From the NCBI RefSeq assembly GCF_009914755.1, contig NC_060938.1: DNA of 64,000 nucleotides. One strand, 5' to 3'. The translations under genes and the position numbers were made by a program. Below are positions 34,277 through 50,870 of the stretch, one piece after another. This DNA is from the human T2T-CHM13v2.0 reference genome, Homo sapiens. A model generated the notes under the pieces. The model saw nothing but the letters and a program-made list of their open reading frames with translations, made no database searches and had not been told where the DNA came from. Positions within the stretch are counted from its first letter, which is position 1, and each line of letters begins with the position of its first letter.

Positions 34277-35304
34277 GAGGGTGGTTCCAAGATGGCCAAA
34301 TAGGAACAGCTCCAGTCTACAGCTCCCAGCATGAGTGATGCAGAAGACGAATGATTTCTGCATTTCCAACTGAGGTACTGGGTTCATCTTATTGGGGATT
34401 GTCGGACAGTGGGTGCAGGACAGTGGGTGCAGCGCACCGAGCGTGAGCCGAAGTAGGGCGAGGCATCACCTCACCCAGGAAGCGCAAGGGGTCAGGGAAT
34501 TCCCTTTCCTAGCCAAGGAAAGGGGTGACAGATGGCAGCTGGAAAATCGGGTCACTCCCACCCTAATACTGCGCTTTTCTGATGGTCATAGCAAATGGCA
34601 CACCAGGAGATTATATCCCGTGCATGGCTCGGAGGGTCCTACGCCCACGGACCCTTGCTCATTGCTAGCACAGCAGTCTGAGATCAAACTGAAAGGCAGC
34701 AGCCAGGCTGGGGGAGGGGCATCTGCCATTGCTGAGGCGTGAGTAGGTAAACAAACCTGCCGGGAAGCTCAAACTGGGTGGAGCCCACCGCATCTCAAGG
34801 AGGCCTGCCTGCCTCTGTAGACTCCACCTCTGGGGGCAGGGCATAGCCAAACAAAAGGCAGCAGAAAACTCTGCAGACTTAAATGTCCCTGCCTGACAGC
34901 TTGGAAGACAGCAGTGGTTCTCCCAGCATGCAGCTGGAGATCTGAGAACGGACAGAGTGCCTCCTCAAGTGGGTCCCTGACCCCTGGGTAGCCTAACTGG
35001 GAGGCATCCCCCAGTAGGGGCAGACTGACACCTCACACGGCCGGGTACTCCTCTGAGACAAAACTTCCAGAGGAACGATCAGGCAGCAGCATTTGCTGTT
35101 CACCAATATTCGCTGTTCTGCAGCCTCAACTGCTGATATCCAGGCAAACAGGGTCTGGAGTGGACCTCCGGCAAACTCCAACAGACCTGCAGCTGAGGGT
35201 CCTGTCTGTTAGAAGGAAAACTAACAAACAGAAAGGACATCCACCCCAAAAACCCATCTGTACGTCACCATCATCGAAGAACAAAGGTAGATAAAACCAC
35301 AAAG
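34277..35304 (+). promoter_or_regulatory. L1 5'UTR internal promoter
   Basis: Complete 5'UTR of about 1.03 kb with the aagatggcc YY1 motif, upstream of the ORF1 ATG at 35305. Confidence 0.85.
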
Positions 35305-36321
35305 ATGGGAAAAAAACAGAACAGAAAAACTGGAAACTCTAAAAATCAGAGCGCCTCTCCTCCTCCAAAGGAACGCAACTCTTCACCAGCAACGGAACAA
35401 AGCTGGACGGAGAATGACTTTGACGAGTGGAGAAAAGAAGGCTTCAGATGATCAAACTACTCCGAGCTACAGGAGGAAATTCGAACCAATGGCAAAGAAG
35501 TTAAAAGCTTTGAAAAAAAATTAGACAAATGGATAACTAGAATAACCAAAGCAGAGAAGTCCTTAAAGGACCTGATGGAGCTGAAAACCAAGGCACGAGA
35601 GCTATGTGACAAATGCAGAAGCCTCAGTAGCCAATTCGATCAACTGGAAGAAAGGTTATCAGTGATGGAAGACGAAATGAATGAAATGAAGTGAGAAGAG
35701 AAGTTTAGAGAAAAAAGAATAAAAAGAAACGAGCAAAGCCTCCAAGAAATATGGGACTATGTGAAAAGACCAAATCTACATTTGATTAGTGTACCTGAAA
35801 GTGACTGGGAGAATGGAACCAGGTTGGAAAACACTCTGAAGGATATTATCCAGGAGAACTTCCCCAATCTAGCAAGGCAGGCCAACATTCAGATTCAGGA
35901 AATACAGAGAACGCCACAAAGAAGCTCCTCGAGAAGAGCAACTCCAAGACACATAATTGTCAGATTCACCAAAGTTGAAATGAAGGAAAAAATGTTAAGG
36001 GCAGCCAGAGAGAAAGGTCGGGTTACCCACAAAGGGAAGCCCATCAGACTAACAGCTGATCTCTCAGCAGAAACTCTACAAGCCAGAAGAGAGTGGGGAC
36101 CAATATTCAACATTCTTAAAGAAAAGAATTTTCAACCCAGAATTTCATTTCCAGCCAAACTAAGCTTCATAAGTGAAGGAGAAATAAAATCCTCTACAGA
36201 CAAGCAAATGCTGAGAGATTTTGTCACCACCAGGCCTACCCTAAAAGAGCTCATGAAGGAAGCACTAAACATGGAAAGGAATAACCGGTACCAGCCACTG
36301 CAAAAACATGCCAAATTGTAA
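35305..36321 (+). pseudogene. L1 ORF1, with premature stops
   Basis: ATG at 35305; in-frame TGA near 35449 and 35692; C-terminal 186 aa remain open. Confidence 0.92.
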
Positions 36322-36384
36322 AGACCATCTAGGCTAGGAAGAGACTGCATCAACTAATGAGCAAAATAACCAGCTAACATCATA

Positions 36385-40237
<3,853 letters not shown>

Positions 40238-40549
40238 ACAATGAGAACCCATGGACACAGGAAGGGGAACATCACACACCAGGGCCTGTTGTCGGGTGGG
40301 GGGAGCGGGGAGGGATAGCTTTAGGAGATACACCTAATGTAAATGATGAGTTAATGGGTGCAGCACACCAACATGTCACATGTATACACATGTAACAAAC
40401 CTGCACGTTGTGCACATGTACTGTAAAACTTAAAGTATAAAAAAAAAAAAACTATTGCACAGTTCACATGCCAGCCATTTAACATTGGTTTACTCTCTAC
40501 TTGGGGATGACATCTAGAATCTTAAAAGCGAAGCTAGGCAATTGGAAAG

Positions 40550-40935
40550 AATGAGACTCGGGCTGCCTGGTTCAGGGGCTCTTGTTTCTTCCTGCCAAAA
40601 CCTCTTCTCTCCTTTTCTGCTAATAACCCTCCCACTCTCCTGTCTTCCTGCACCGCCTCTCCTTGGCCATGTGTGGATTCCTAGCCCCAACCCCTCTGGA
40701 ATCTGGAGTCTCCCTGTAGGTAGAGAATGAATGGAACAGTGATCTGCCTGAAGTATCTCAGAGGGGCACCCACACACTGCTGCAGGTGCAGCCGAGGCTG
40801 TTCATGTTCTTCCTGAAGCCTGATTGTTTATCTCTTCTTACAGTTCTGTGAACTCTTGCCACATCCCTCTCACAAATCCCCTTTGGCCTTAAGTTAGCCA
40901 GAGTTGGTTCCCGTTGCTTATAACAAAACATACTC
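40550..40935 (+). mobile_element. Old ERVL-type LTR fragment (LTR16/LTR33-like)
   Basis: 3' end 'aaatcccctt...ttaagttagccagagttggtt...gttgctt' resembles these LTRs. Confidence 0.45.
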
Positions 40936-41293
40936 AGCTTATATGTATGGCAATATTCAAGATATCATTCTCAAGGCCACTTAGGCATTTGACATTCGGA
41001 TAATTGGTAGACTTAAGGATCGTGAGATTGTTTCCAGGCACCAAGAAGATGGTACCAGCTGGCAATTCAGTCTGTCTATCCTCAGGAGTTTCCATTTTAG
41101 TAACATTTGAAAGGATTCTTTTAACACGGATTGTGAAAACTTCGAATTTATTGAAAAGACAAAATTACAACGAATGAATTGTATTTTATACTTAATAGTC
41201 AATGTAGCTATACTATCACTAATGAGTGAATCATGTATTTTATACTTAATCAATGTAGATGAACTGTCATTAATTATAGTATTGGGAGTATGG

Positions 41294-41465
41294 TTATTTT
41301 TAACTTTTATTTTAGGTTCAGGCTACATGTGCAAGTTTGTTATATTGGTAAATTATGTGTCATGGGGCATTGAGTGTACAGATTATTTCATCACCCAGGT
41401 AATGAGCATAGTACCTGATAGGTAGTTTTTCAGTCCTCATCCTCCTTCCACCCTCCACCCTCAGG
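41294..41465 (-). mobile_element. Short L1 3'-end fragment (L1PA15/16-like)
   Basis: 'ttttaacttttattttaggttcagg...tacagattatttcatcacccaggtaat'. Confidence 0.85.
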
Positions 41466-42737
41466 ATGAAATTGTGCTGCCACCAGGTGAGGTATGTAGT
41501 GAGCAGGGATGAGCTCTAGGAGCCTATAGAGACTTCTGATTCACAGTGTTAGTTTCCTGTCTTTTTAAACCTGGTTTAATTTCCTGCTCTCATAGAGGAT
41601 CTTTTTTCAGGAGGCTTGGTGGTCTTTACTGCCATCTAGCTTCAGTAAGGGGCACCCTAGTCTCAGAGAGATTTTAACAAATTTAAATCTCAGAGTAAAG
41701 GGATTGGGGTCCCTGTTTCTTTTATCTTTCAGAAAGCCCCTCTATTTCTACCTACATTATTGAGAGCAAACTGAAACTGAGGTAAAGCAGCTCTGTTAAC
41801 TTCCCCAGGAGCATCTGTGCTCTATGTTGAATTAAAAAGTCCTGTTATACCAGTGCCTTGTAGCATTAAGTGAACAAACTATTCTTTACTGCAAACATTC
41901 TGATGATGTAGTTTCCTATGACACACATGCCTCATCTCACATAAAAGAGCTAAATCCTTTTATTTTAGAAGGTGAATAGATGATATCTAACATGAAAACA
42001 TTCAGAAATATTGATATAGGCATATTAGAAATATGAAGATAATTAATAATAGTAGCTCAAAGAGCTAAAAATGCTTGCTGCTGAAAAGTTATTTTTATAT
42101 ATCATGAGCTATTTTAGTTTTTAAACTTATAGCTTTGAGGAAAAATAACTTTAAAAAAAAACAGCATCTTTTCTTTGGATGAATGCAAAGTTTGCATTGG
42201 CTCCATGGAGTATGTATGTGGTTTCAGAGCCCTAAAATTTTTCAATCTCATGCTTCCATGTTTGTAGCTTTCCTTAAGTATATGATGGTTCATGGATCTT
42301 AGCTTTTATTCAAAAGCTTGATGATTGAAAAAAAAGAGGGCTGGATGTTAGTTCTGTGTGGTGTGGGCAAGCCTTGTTGGGAGGTAGCCTGACCTGTGGA
42401 GTCATTGAAATGGGCTTCCTCATTGAGGTCCTCGAAATGACAGTACCTATAGGCTTCTTTTCTTTAGGCTGGTCAGTTTTTTCAGAGAGGTTTTCTCTCC
42501 TCAGGATATGAGCGTAGCTGCTAGCATTCTGGGGACAAGTAATGAGGAAATGGGAGTTAGGGGTTTCACTATTCATCCTATAAACTTTGCTTGTTTTTTT
42601 ATTTTCCATTCAGCATTTCTACCTTCAACTTAGCCTGCTGTCCCTGAATCCAGAGACCCTCTCTAGAGAATCTCTCTCATTTTTTCTTGGGTGAATGAGA
42701 GATGGTTCCCTGACTGTAAGGGAGTGGTCTAACTGCC

Positions 42738-43639
42738 TGTGGCATATGGTCTTTTCTAAAATGGCCAGAACAATATTTCTCATTCTATATGCTGTGTGTT
42801 GTATGTTGGGTATTTGTGGGGGACAGATGACTTATGTCTATAGTTCACAGATCTTCAACTCCAGAGAACTGAGTTTAAGGAGCTGTACCTGGGAAATTGT
42901 GCCTGAAGCTGTTCCTGAGGAATCTGCACCTGGATCTAATGTACATGCTGAGATCCTGGATTTGAGCTGATGCCATAGTGGGATGAGACTTTGCCGTCTT
43001 GGGTGTGGGATGAATATATTTTGCACTGGGAAGGATGTGAAGTATTGTGGTTAAAAGGTGGACTGTAGTTCATTGCATTTTTCAACAATGGCCACAACAG
43101 CATCTCTTATCCTATGTGCTCTTCTTCCAATGTGACTGTGTCCTCTCTCATTAAGATGCGGAGTCTATTTCTCCACTCTCTCAAATCTGGTAGACCCTGG
43201 GACTTCTACCAACAGAGTACAGTGGAAATGATGCTGGGCCACTTCCCGGTTTGGTCTTTAACTAGTCTGGCAGCTTCTCCTTTCTGCTTCTTGGAAGCCA
43301 GTAAGAAGTACAACTATCCTGAGGCTTCTGCTGTGAGAAGCCCAAGCCATGGGAGAGGCTCTGGAGAATGAGACTTCACTGGGAGAGTGAAGAGAGGAGC
43401 GAAGAGAAAGAGAGAGGCACCAAGGATCACTGAGTTGCCAGAACATGAATGCTAAGGCCATATTGGAAATGGATTCTCCTGCTTCAGCTGCCCCAGCTGA
43501 TGCCACCAGGATCAGAGATGATCTGGCCAGCTGAGCCCTTCCTTAATTCTAACCCATAAAATTGTGTGCGAAACAAAATGGTTGTTTTCAACCACTAAGT
43601 TTTGGGGTAGGTTTTATGCAGCAGCAGATAATGGAAATA
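42738..43639 (+). mobile_element. MLT1G/H-like MaLR: 5' LTR stub, internal 3' end and complete 3' LTR (43064-43639)
   Basis: Two similar LTR starts ('...aatggcca' at about 42760 and 43087), MLT1-int terminal sequence before 43064, near-TSD ctgcc/ctgct. Confidence 0.7.
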
Positions 43640-44239
43640 CTGCTTGGTTTTGACTTTCAAAAAAATCCATTTGTTTTCAGGCTTGTCTGCACTCCTTCTT
43701 TAAGAGGTGCTAAGAGACTGGACTTAGTTCTTTGTCCAGATAAATGTGTTTCTGGCTTTTTCCCACTGCTAGCTTAGGTTTTATTTTTTTCACGTCTGCT
43801 AAGTCAGTAGTCCATTTGCTTTTCAGCTTCCAAAACTTAATTATTCTAATTTTCCTTATTGTTCTCTTCCTTGTGGATTTATGCATTTTATTTGCTCCTT
43901 TCTGTAATTTTTGTGGTATTTGGCAAACAGTGAAGGTAAATATACACATTCAATCTGCCACATTTAACTGAATGTCCCCTATGCCTTTTATTGACTGCTT
44001 AGAATGGCAATGGTAATTTTGGCCTCTAGGCACAGAGAAATAAGAGTTTTTTTGTGAGTCACATTGGCCCAGAGCTCCTCCACTCCTCCACAAAAGGTGA
44101 GAACTTTGTAGGGCTGAGTCAGAGATCAAGGCTGATTCTGATTCTGGCTGGAACATTCCTTGGGGGTGTGATTACTATGGGGACATAGTAGGCGCTACAG
44201 CTGGCTCTGGGAAGTAGACTCTGGGTTGCCAAAAATGGA

Positions 44240-44298
44240 CATACACACACACACTCTCTCTCTCTCTCTTCTTCTCTTTCTGTCCCTCTCCCTCTCTC
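44240..44298. repeat. (CA)n/(CT)n compound microsatellite
   Basis: Visible dinucleotide runs. Confidence 0.85.
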
Positions 44299-45414
44299 CA
44301 TTATATGGTCACATTTGGGTAAGTTAATGAAGATTCTTGAAGAAGAAAGCAGTATGGTGAGGCTTTCTAGTGTCAAGGTCACTTGACATTCAATTGTGAG
44401 CTCACTAGAAGAGAGGGAGACATGACATATTAAATGTTACCATGGAAAAGAAAAAGTCACTCCCAATTAAAAGGATTGAAAAAGGAGAACCAAAGTAAAA
44501 TAGGATTTTGTAGGTCAATGAAAAAGCCGAAAACAAAAGCTCTGTCACTTGGACTGTTCCAAGTTCTCAGGCAAGGATCTGAGAATTTCCCTGAAAATAT
44601 GGTTTAGGGTTCTGAGAGGAAAAGGAATCAGGCTTTTGTTATTGAAATAAACAACCAAAAATCTGAAATGGGTCATTTACACATTTTTTTATACTTCAAA
44701 AAGGGAGACTGAAACTTCCATTGAATTTATGTAAAAGAGTCCTTCACATTGGCTGGTTGAATTGCCTCACAATAAAAAACAAATCTGCCAAACTGAAGAC
44801 ATTTGCAGCCCCCAGTGTTACTAATTTTTTCCCCAATTTCACCCTAGCCTCTTCAGCGTGAAGGTCACGTGGACCTAAGTACGAGCAATTTTAAACATAA
44901 GTGTTAGGTTTTGAAGGCGTTATTTCTCAAGGGAGAAAGAAAAGTAATAGATCGTAAGACAGAGCCTTAAAACAGAGTTTTAGGGAGTGAGTAGGAGAGA
45001 TTTGTGACATCTCAGAGTTTGAGAGAGCCCTGTGGAAAGTGACAGGACATTTTTGAGAAACCTTCTTTTTGGACAGGCTCTAAGTTTAACAAAAAATACA
45101 TTCAATGACTCAGGCAAGTTCATTAAGAAAGACTTGGGTGTGAGGAGCAGCCCCGGGGAGCTGACCTGGGGCTGTGCATCCAAGAAATAAGAGAGCCCAG
45201 TTTAAGCAGGTTTTGATGAGTGGGAGATCCAGGGATCATTTCACGGAAAGAAAGAATTGGCTTCAAGCTACAAAGGAATTTTATAGACCCTAGACAATTC
45301 TCAAACTTGTAGGGAGTTCCAAGTTCTGTGGTGAGTAGAAACTTCTCTGGCAGTAAGATAAACAACTCAAAGAGGAAAAAAACTAATCAAGTCACTATAG
45401 CCAAACGTAACGGA

Positions 45415-45660
45415 AGCAGTGTGGAGTAGTGCTGGAGAACGTGGGCTTTATGGTTAGATAGTCTGGGATTTTAGCCTTTGTTTCTTCCTGGCTACTCAGG
45501 TGATTTTGGGCAACTAACTTATTCTTCTCTGAGCCTCAGCCTCCTAGTCTTTAAAAGTGGGATAATAAAATGTATTTCATAGGGTTATTTTGAGGATTCT
45601 GGGAGAGGCTATTTGTCCAGCACTTATCAGGGGCCTAGAACACAGTAAATGGTGGTTGCT
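45415..45660 (+). mobile_element. MIR SINE
   Basis: 'ttgggcaactaacttattcttctctgagcctcagcctcctagtctttaaaagtgggataataa' core. Confidence 0.8.
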
Positions 45661-45684
45661 ACCACCAGCTACCACTGTCTTCAT

Positions 45685-46065
45685 TGTAGCAGATCTAGAT
45701 TGCTGTCCACACATGACGCATGCTTCTCTTCCATAGAGTACTGTTTCTGGGAAGTTGCTACTGAAATGGGGACTGCATTTCCCAATGACCTTTGCATTCA
45801 GGAGGGACCAGGTTACTGAGTTCTGGCCAATGGAATGCCAGTTGAAGTCATGTACATCACTTCTAGGCCTGGCCCATCAATGCTTCCTAGGTGACTGCCA
45901 TCCTCATTCCCCCTCTGCTGGCTATATGTCAGTGGTTAGGGTGACCTTGGAAACCAGGTGCTGAAGTCAGCAGAGCCTTTGACAGTCTGGTTCCTGAGTA
46001 ATTGCATGGAACAAAATTTCTGAGTTTATCTGTCATAGCAATTAGTGTTACCTTAATAACGCAAA
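45685..46065 (+). mobile_element. Old MaLR LTR (MLT1J-like)
   Basis: 'actgcatttccca...actgagttctggccaatggaatg' and a terminal 'tgtcatagcaattagtgttacctta'. Confidence 0.65.
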
Positions 46066-46399
46066 TAGCATCATCGTGGCTTAGGATTGCAGTAGCCTGG
46101 TTAAGTCTGAGCTCAAGAATAAACCCTGGAGAAATCAGCCAGGAGGAATATTACCTTACTAGGGACCAGAATGGCCCAGGAAGGGGCTGTGGCTCATATT
46201 GAAAGATAAACCGTAGTTGATCTGTGTACTTGTACATTACTCATTGTAATTAGTGTTTTGTCATGAAATTTCTCTATACTGTGTCCTAAACTGGTGACTG
46301 AATGTTTATCTGGTAGATCTATCACTATAGATAAGCCCCAGAAGAACTTAGTGAGGAAAAAAGAACATGACCTTTGTGGGAGAAAGCCCAATTTCCTTG
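46017..46399 (+). repeat. Dispersed local duplication, copy 1 (partner at 47884-48260)
   Basis: Colinear similarity, including the shared blocks tacttgtacattact, gtgttttgtcatgaaatttct and catgacctttg. Confidence 0.92.
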
Positions 46400-47736
46400 A
46401 GTGTTTGAACATTTATTGCTAGTTACTAATGTCAGGGAGATTTTGATTTTTAGATCTCCCTTGGTTGACTTAAGGGCACTGCAAATCTTTCTACTCTGTT
46501 GGTTGACAGTTCAGATTTTCTTAAAAACTAAGCAACTTTTAAAAGGGTTGAGTGGGCAGATTCCATGTCTAGGATCTAGCTAGGTCAGATTACCTCAAGG
46601 AAAACTCAGTGACTGGATGTTCAAGCCATCCAAAGTTATGACTTGCTTTTTTTTCTTTTGTTATTCGTAACAGTTGTTCTCTCCTCATTATTTTCTGGAG
46701 GGAAAAAACAAAAAAACACTCAAAGTACAGGCCACTTCATAGAGCCAAGTGTCTAATTATCCTCTTGGGTAGTCTGATCTATGTAGCAGAACAAACTGAA
46801 GTTGTTCTCTAGGTGGGAGTGGGTGACGTTTCCTAGCCTTCATTTGGGGATGGTGGCAAGGATGTGGGGAGTGAGTTGTAAGACCAGAAATGCCTGAAAC
46901 TGTGCCAAAGAACTGCGGCATGGCTGGGAAGATTGGTATTGTTGGCAGACTCCATTGTTACTTCGTTTTCATCTTCTTATCACTCTACCTCATATCTTTT
47001 CCATCTTTCTGTTCTCTCTTTGGGTTTATGTGATACTAGTGTTAATGGCCAAGCCATTAAGCCAGGTGGGAAGAAAGCAATGGCTTGGGACTCATGACCA
47101 TGGGCTCCCGCCGACAGGGTCAAAGCTTAGTCCATTAGAGTTGGGGGAGAGCATTCCAAGAGCAGTGGTCAGGGTCTTGGGAGATCTCAGAATCAGGAAG
47201 TGAGTCTGTGAAGCCCTGACTCAAGACTCCTGAGGCATGTACGTCAGAAAAGCCAACTCTTATCATTTGACCCAACCCGAAGGCAAGTGTCATTTTTACA
47301 GATGCGAGTCCTGCATCACAGTCTTAACCAGAACCTTCAACTGGGCTGGGAGGTGAGAGTCAGTGATTGTAGGTGCTTGGTAGAAAAAAAAATTGTTTTA
47401 AACCCATTTCTCTCATTTATCATCTTTTCTCCAGGTCAGTATTAATGCAGATTTAGGTTTATAGACTCTGATCAAGGATGCTGAGGAAGGAAAACCTTTT
47501 TAGTCTTTTTAGAAAATAATTATAGTCAGCTCTTTTGACTTACATGACCAGGAAGAAAGTAAAAAGTATTGAGGTCTATTCAAGAGTTAATCAAAAGTGT
47601 AGTTCCCTCAAATGCTATGATGTGTCATGATTGAACAAGAAAATGATACTGTTTTGGATTTTTTCTAATGAGTCACATTGACACAGAGTGGGACTCATGA
47701 TCTGGGAGGTCCAAGCAGTATGGGTAGCTTATTCTG

Positions 47737-48677
47737 TGTGTAAGGCAGAATTCTAAGATGACATCTGATGACTCACGTCTTGTATAATGCCCTCCCCTTG
47801 TGTGTGGGGAATACCTGTGGACATAATGGGATATCACCCATGTAATTAGGTTTCTAATCAGATGACTTTGAGTTAATCAAAAGTTTTCAGAGTTTATCTG
47901 TTATAGCATTTAGTGTTACCTTAGCAACACACATGGCATGATCGTGGCTCAGGATGGAAGAGGCCTGGTCAAGTCCAAGCTCAAGAATAAGCCCTAGAGA
48001 AAGCCAGAAAGAATCCCACCTTACCAATACCCAGGGGGGCAAAGGAGGGGCTGTCATCCACATTGGAAGACAAACTGTGGCTGATCTGTATACTTGTACA
48101 TTACTGAGTGTGTTCAGTGTTTTGTCATGAAATTTCTTTACACGTTGCCCTAATCTGCTGCTTGGACATTTGTCTGGTGGATTTGTTACCACAGACAAAC
48201 CCTAGCAGAAAGAATGAGGAGAAAGGCCATGACCTTTGCAGGAGAAAGCCCTGTTTCTTAATCTGTGTGGGTTCGACCTAATCAGGTGGACACTTAAAAA
48301 CAGATAAAGCATCAGAGAGCTTTTCCTGATGGGCTGCAGGGGGAGGCATGTGAACTGCCTATGAAAGGTCTACAGGGTGAGGACTGAAAGGGCCTCCTAG
48401 AGGATTCAGCAACATCTGGGATCTGAGGGTGCCCTGGCCCATTGTCAGGGAACTCAGTGCCAACAGCCTGAATGAGCTTGAGAGAGACCTTCCTGCTCCA
48501 CATGAGAATGCAGACCCAGTCACATTTTGAATCCAGCCTTGTGAAATCCTGAGCAGAGAACCTAGTTACACTGTGCCTAGATCCCTCACCCACCGAAACT
48601 ATGAGATAATAAATGTGCATTGTTTTAAACCAATGAACTTGCGGTAATTTGCTACGTAGTGATAGAAAACTAATTCA
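47737..48677 (+). mobile_element. MLT1E-like MaLR LTR interrupted by a ~380-bp insertion
   Basis: 'ggcagaattctaagatg...gactttgagttaatcaaaag' resumes at 'gacctaatcaggtg'; ends 'atagaaaactaattca'; near-TSD ttctg/ctctg. Confidence 0.85.
47884..48260 (+). repeat. Dispersed local duplication, copy 2
   Basis: Colinear with 46017-46399, roughly three-quarters identical by eye. Confidence 0.92.
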
Positions 48678-50191
48678 CTCTGTTTATTAGCATACTTTTT
48701 AAAGTCTGCAGAAGCAACATTTGATTTATACAGTGCTATAGGTCATTTCACTGTCAACATCATACTTTATGACATAATGAAAAGGATGATATCCTGTTTT
48801 TCTTTGAAGAACTCACCCAAGCTCTATGTTTCTCATTTAGTTACTCCCTACAAAAATAATGTGTGAATTTACTTTGAACTACTTTAGTATACATGCCTTT
48901 AGTTTTTCACTTTTGAATCACTGTAATGAAAACATTGCATTTAAGTTTTTAGTGTTTTAAAATTTTGAAATAATTTCAAACCTATTGAAAAGTTGCAAGA
49001 ACTGCATAGAGAACTCCCGGATCCTCGATACCCAAGGTTCCTCACATTTTCTTTATCTACTTACCTATTTATTTTGTCTTGACAGGATGGCTCATAACTC
49101 TTAAACACTACAGTGTATACCTATTAAAAGTAAGGATATTCTCCTTCTTAACCATTATACAACCCTCACAAATCCTGATTGCATCAACATTGATGCAATG
49201 TGGCTGTCTGAGGCACAGACACATCCAAAATTTACAAACTGTCCTAACAATGTGTCTTTTCATTTTCTGGTCCAGGACTTTATCCAGGAACACACATTGA
49301 ATACAGTTGTCATGTCCCATCACTCTCCATCGATCTGGAATAGTTCTTCTGTCTTAAAGATGACAGGCCTTCACTATATATGCAGCATGTCCCTCAACCT
49401 GAGTCTGTTTGCTGTTTCCACATGACCAGACTCAGGTCATGCATTCTTAGCAGGAGTACCACAGAAATGATTCTGTGCTCATCTGGAGAAGTCAGCATTT
49501 TCCCTCTGCATTTGATGAATATTTTGTGGCAGAATTGCCCAATATTATAAATAATATACTGTCTCTATGCAAATCTGTGTCCAGCTTCCATTGGTGACTC
49601 CTGTCTATATCAACTACCAAATGGTGCCAGATGGAGATTATCTATTCCCATCATTTGATCTACATTGATTAATTGGCATTATACTGTAAATAAATGGTTT
49701 CCTTTCTACCTCATTTCTTTATTTACTCATTTATTTCTATCAGTGCAATGTTATGGTTTTCTATTTTGCTTCATGAATTATAATTGGACATGCTAATTTA
49801 TTTTGATGCACAAATTGTCCTAGATTTGGCCAGTGTGAACTCCCTAAACCTGGCTTCTGTGTCCCTTTGACAGGTCCCTATCATTCCTTAAGCATTTCCT
49901 ACTTCCTAGCATAACAACACATTCTAGGCTTACCTTATACTTTCCCTGCCCCGAGCCTGTAAGCAGCCATTTCTCCAGAAGTCCTTGTTCCTAGCAGTGG
50001 AAGATGGTATTTAAAAACGTAGGTCTGGATGGGATGCTAGATGTGCTTATTACTATTGGGGTGTTACTGCTCCTAGACACTCTCAGTGGATAGGACAAGC
50101 TCTCTGTGTAGACATACATACACATACATACAAATATATACTCACACACAAACATATATTCTATTAGAGTTGAACAGAGAAGCTGAAGCAG

Positions 50192-50197
<6 letters not shown>

Positions 50198-50244
<47 letters not shown>
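50198..50244. repeat. (CA)n microsatellite
   Basis: About 23 uninterrupted AC units. Confidence 0.97.
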
Positions 50245-50246
<2 letters not shown>

Positions 50247-50396
50247 GAATTGGCTTATGCAATTGTTGGGAACTGGACACCTGTGGGCACAAACTGAAGC
50301 CTTTTGTCCACACAGAGAGCCGTCAGGAAGGAAGATCGGGGGAAAGGGAGAGGAATTGCAGAACAATGCTGTTTGATCAGGGTAGGCTTAGGCCCT

Positions 50397-50870
50397 CTTT
50401 TTTTTTTTTTAAATTAAGAGACATTATTTTTTAGAGCAGTTTTAGGTTCACAGCAAAACTGAGAGGAAAGTACTGTGATTCCCATATGTCTCCATCTCCA
50501 TATATGCACAAACTTTCTCGCTACTGACATCCTGCACCAGAGTGCTACATTTGTTGCAGTTGATAAATGTACATTGACACATCTTTGTCACCCAAATACC
50601 ATAGTTTATATTAGGGTTCAATCTTGGTGTTGTACATTCTATGGGTTTGCGCAAATGTATAATGACACATATCCTTCATTGCAGTATCATACAGAACAGT
50701 TTCACTGTCTTAAAATCCTCTGTGTTCTATTTATACCTCTCTCCCTCTCAATCCTGGGCAACCACTGATCCTTTCAGTGTCTCCATAGTTTTCCCTTTTT
50801 CAGAATGTCATACAGTCGTAATCATAGACTATGTAGCCTTTTCAGATGGGTTTCTTTCACTTAGTGATAT
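50397..50870 (-). mobile_element. L1MC1/2-like 3' fragment
   Basis: Poly(T) then 'ttttttagagcagttttaggttcacagcaaaa'. Confidence 0.8.

Noticed and set aside
47584-47884. 15-bp exact repeat gagttaatcaaaagt at 47584 and 47870 as a TSD
   Set aside because: The second copy is internal MLT1E sequence, and the pair does not bracket a discrete element.
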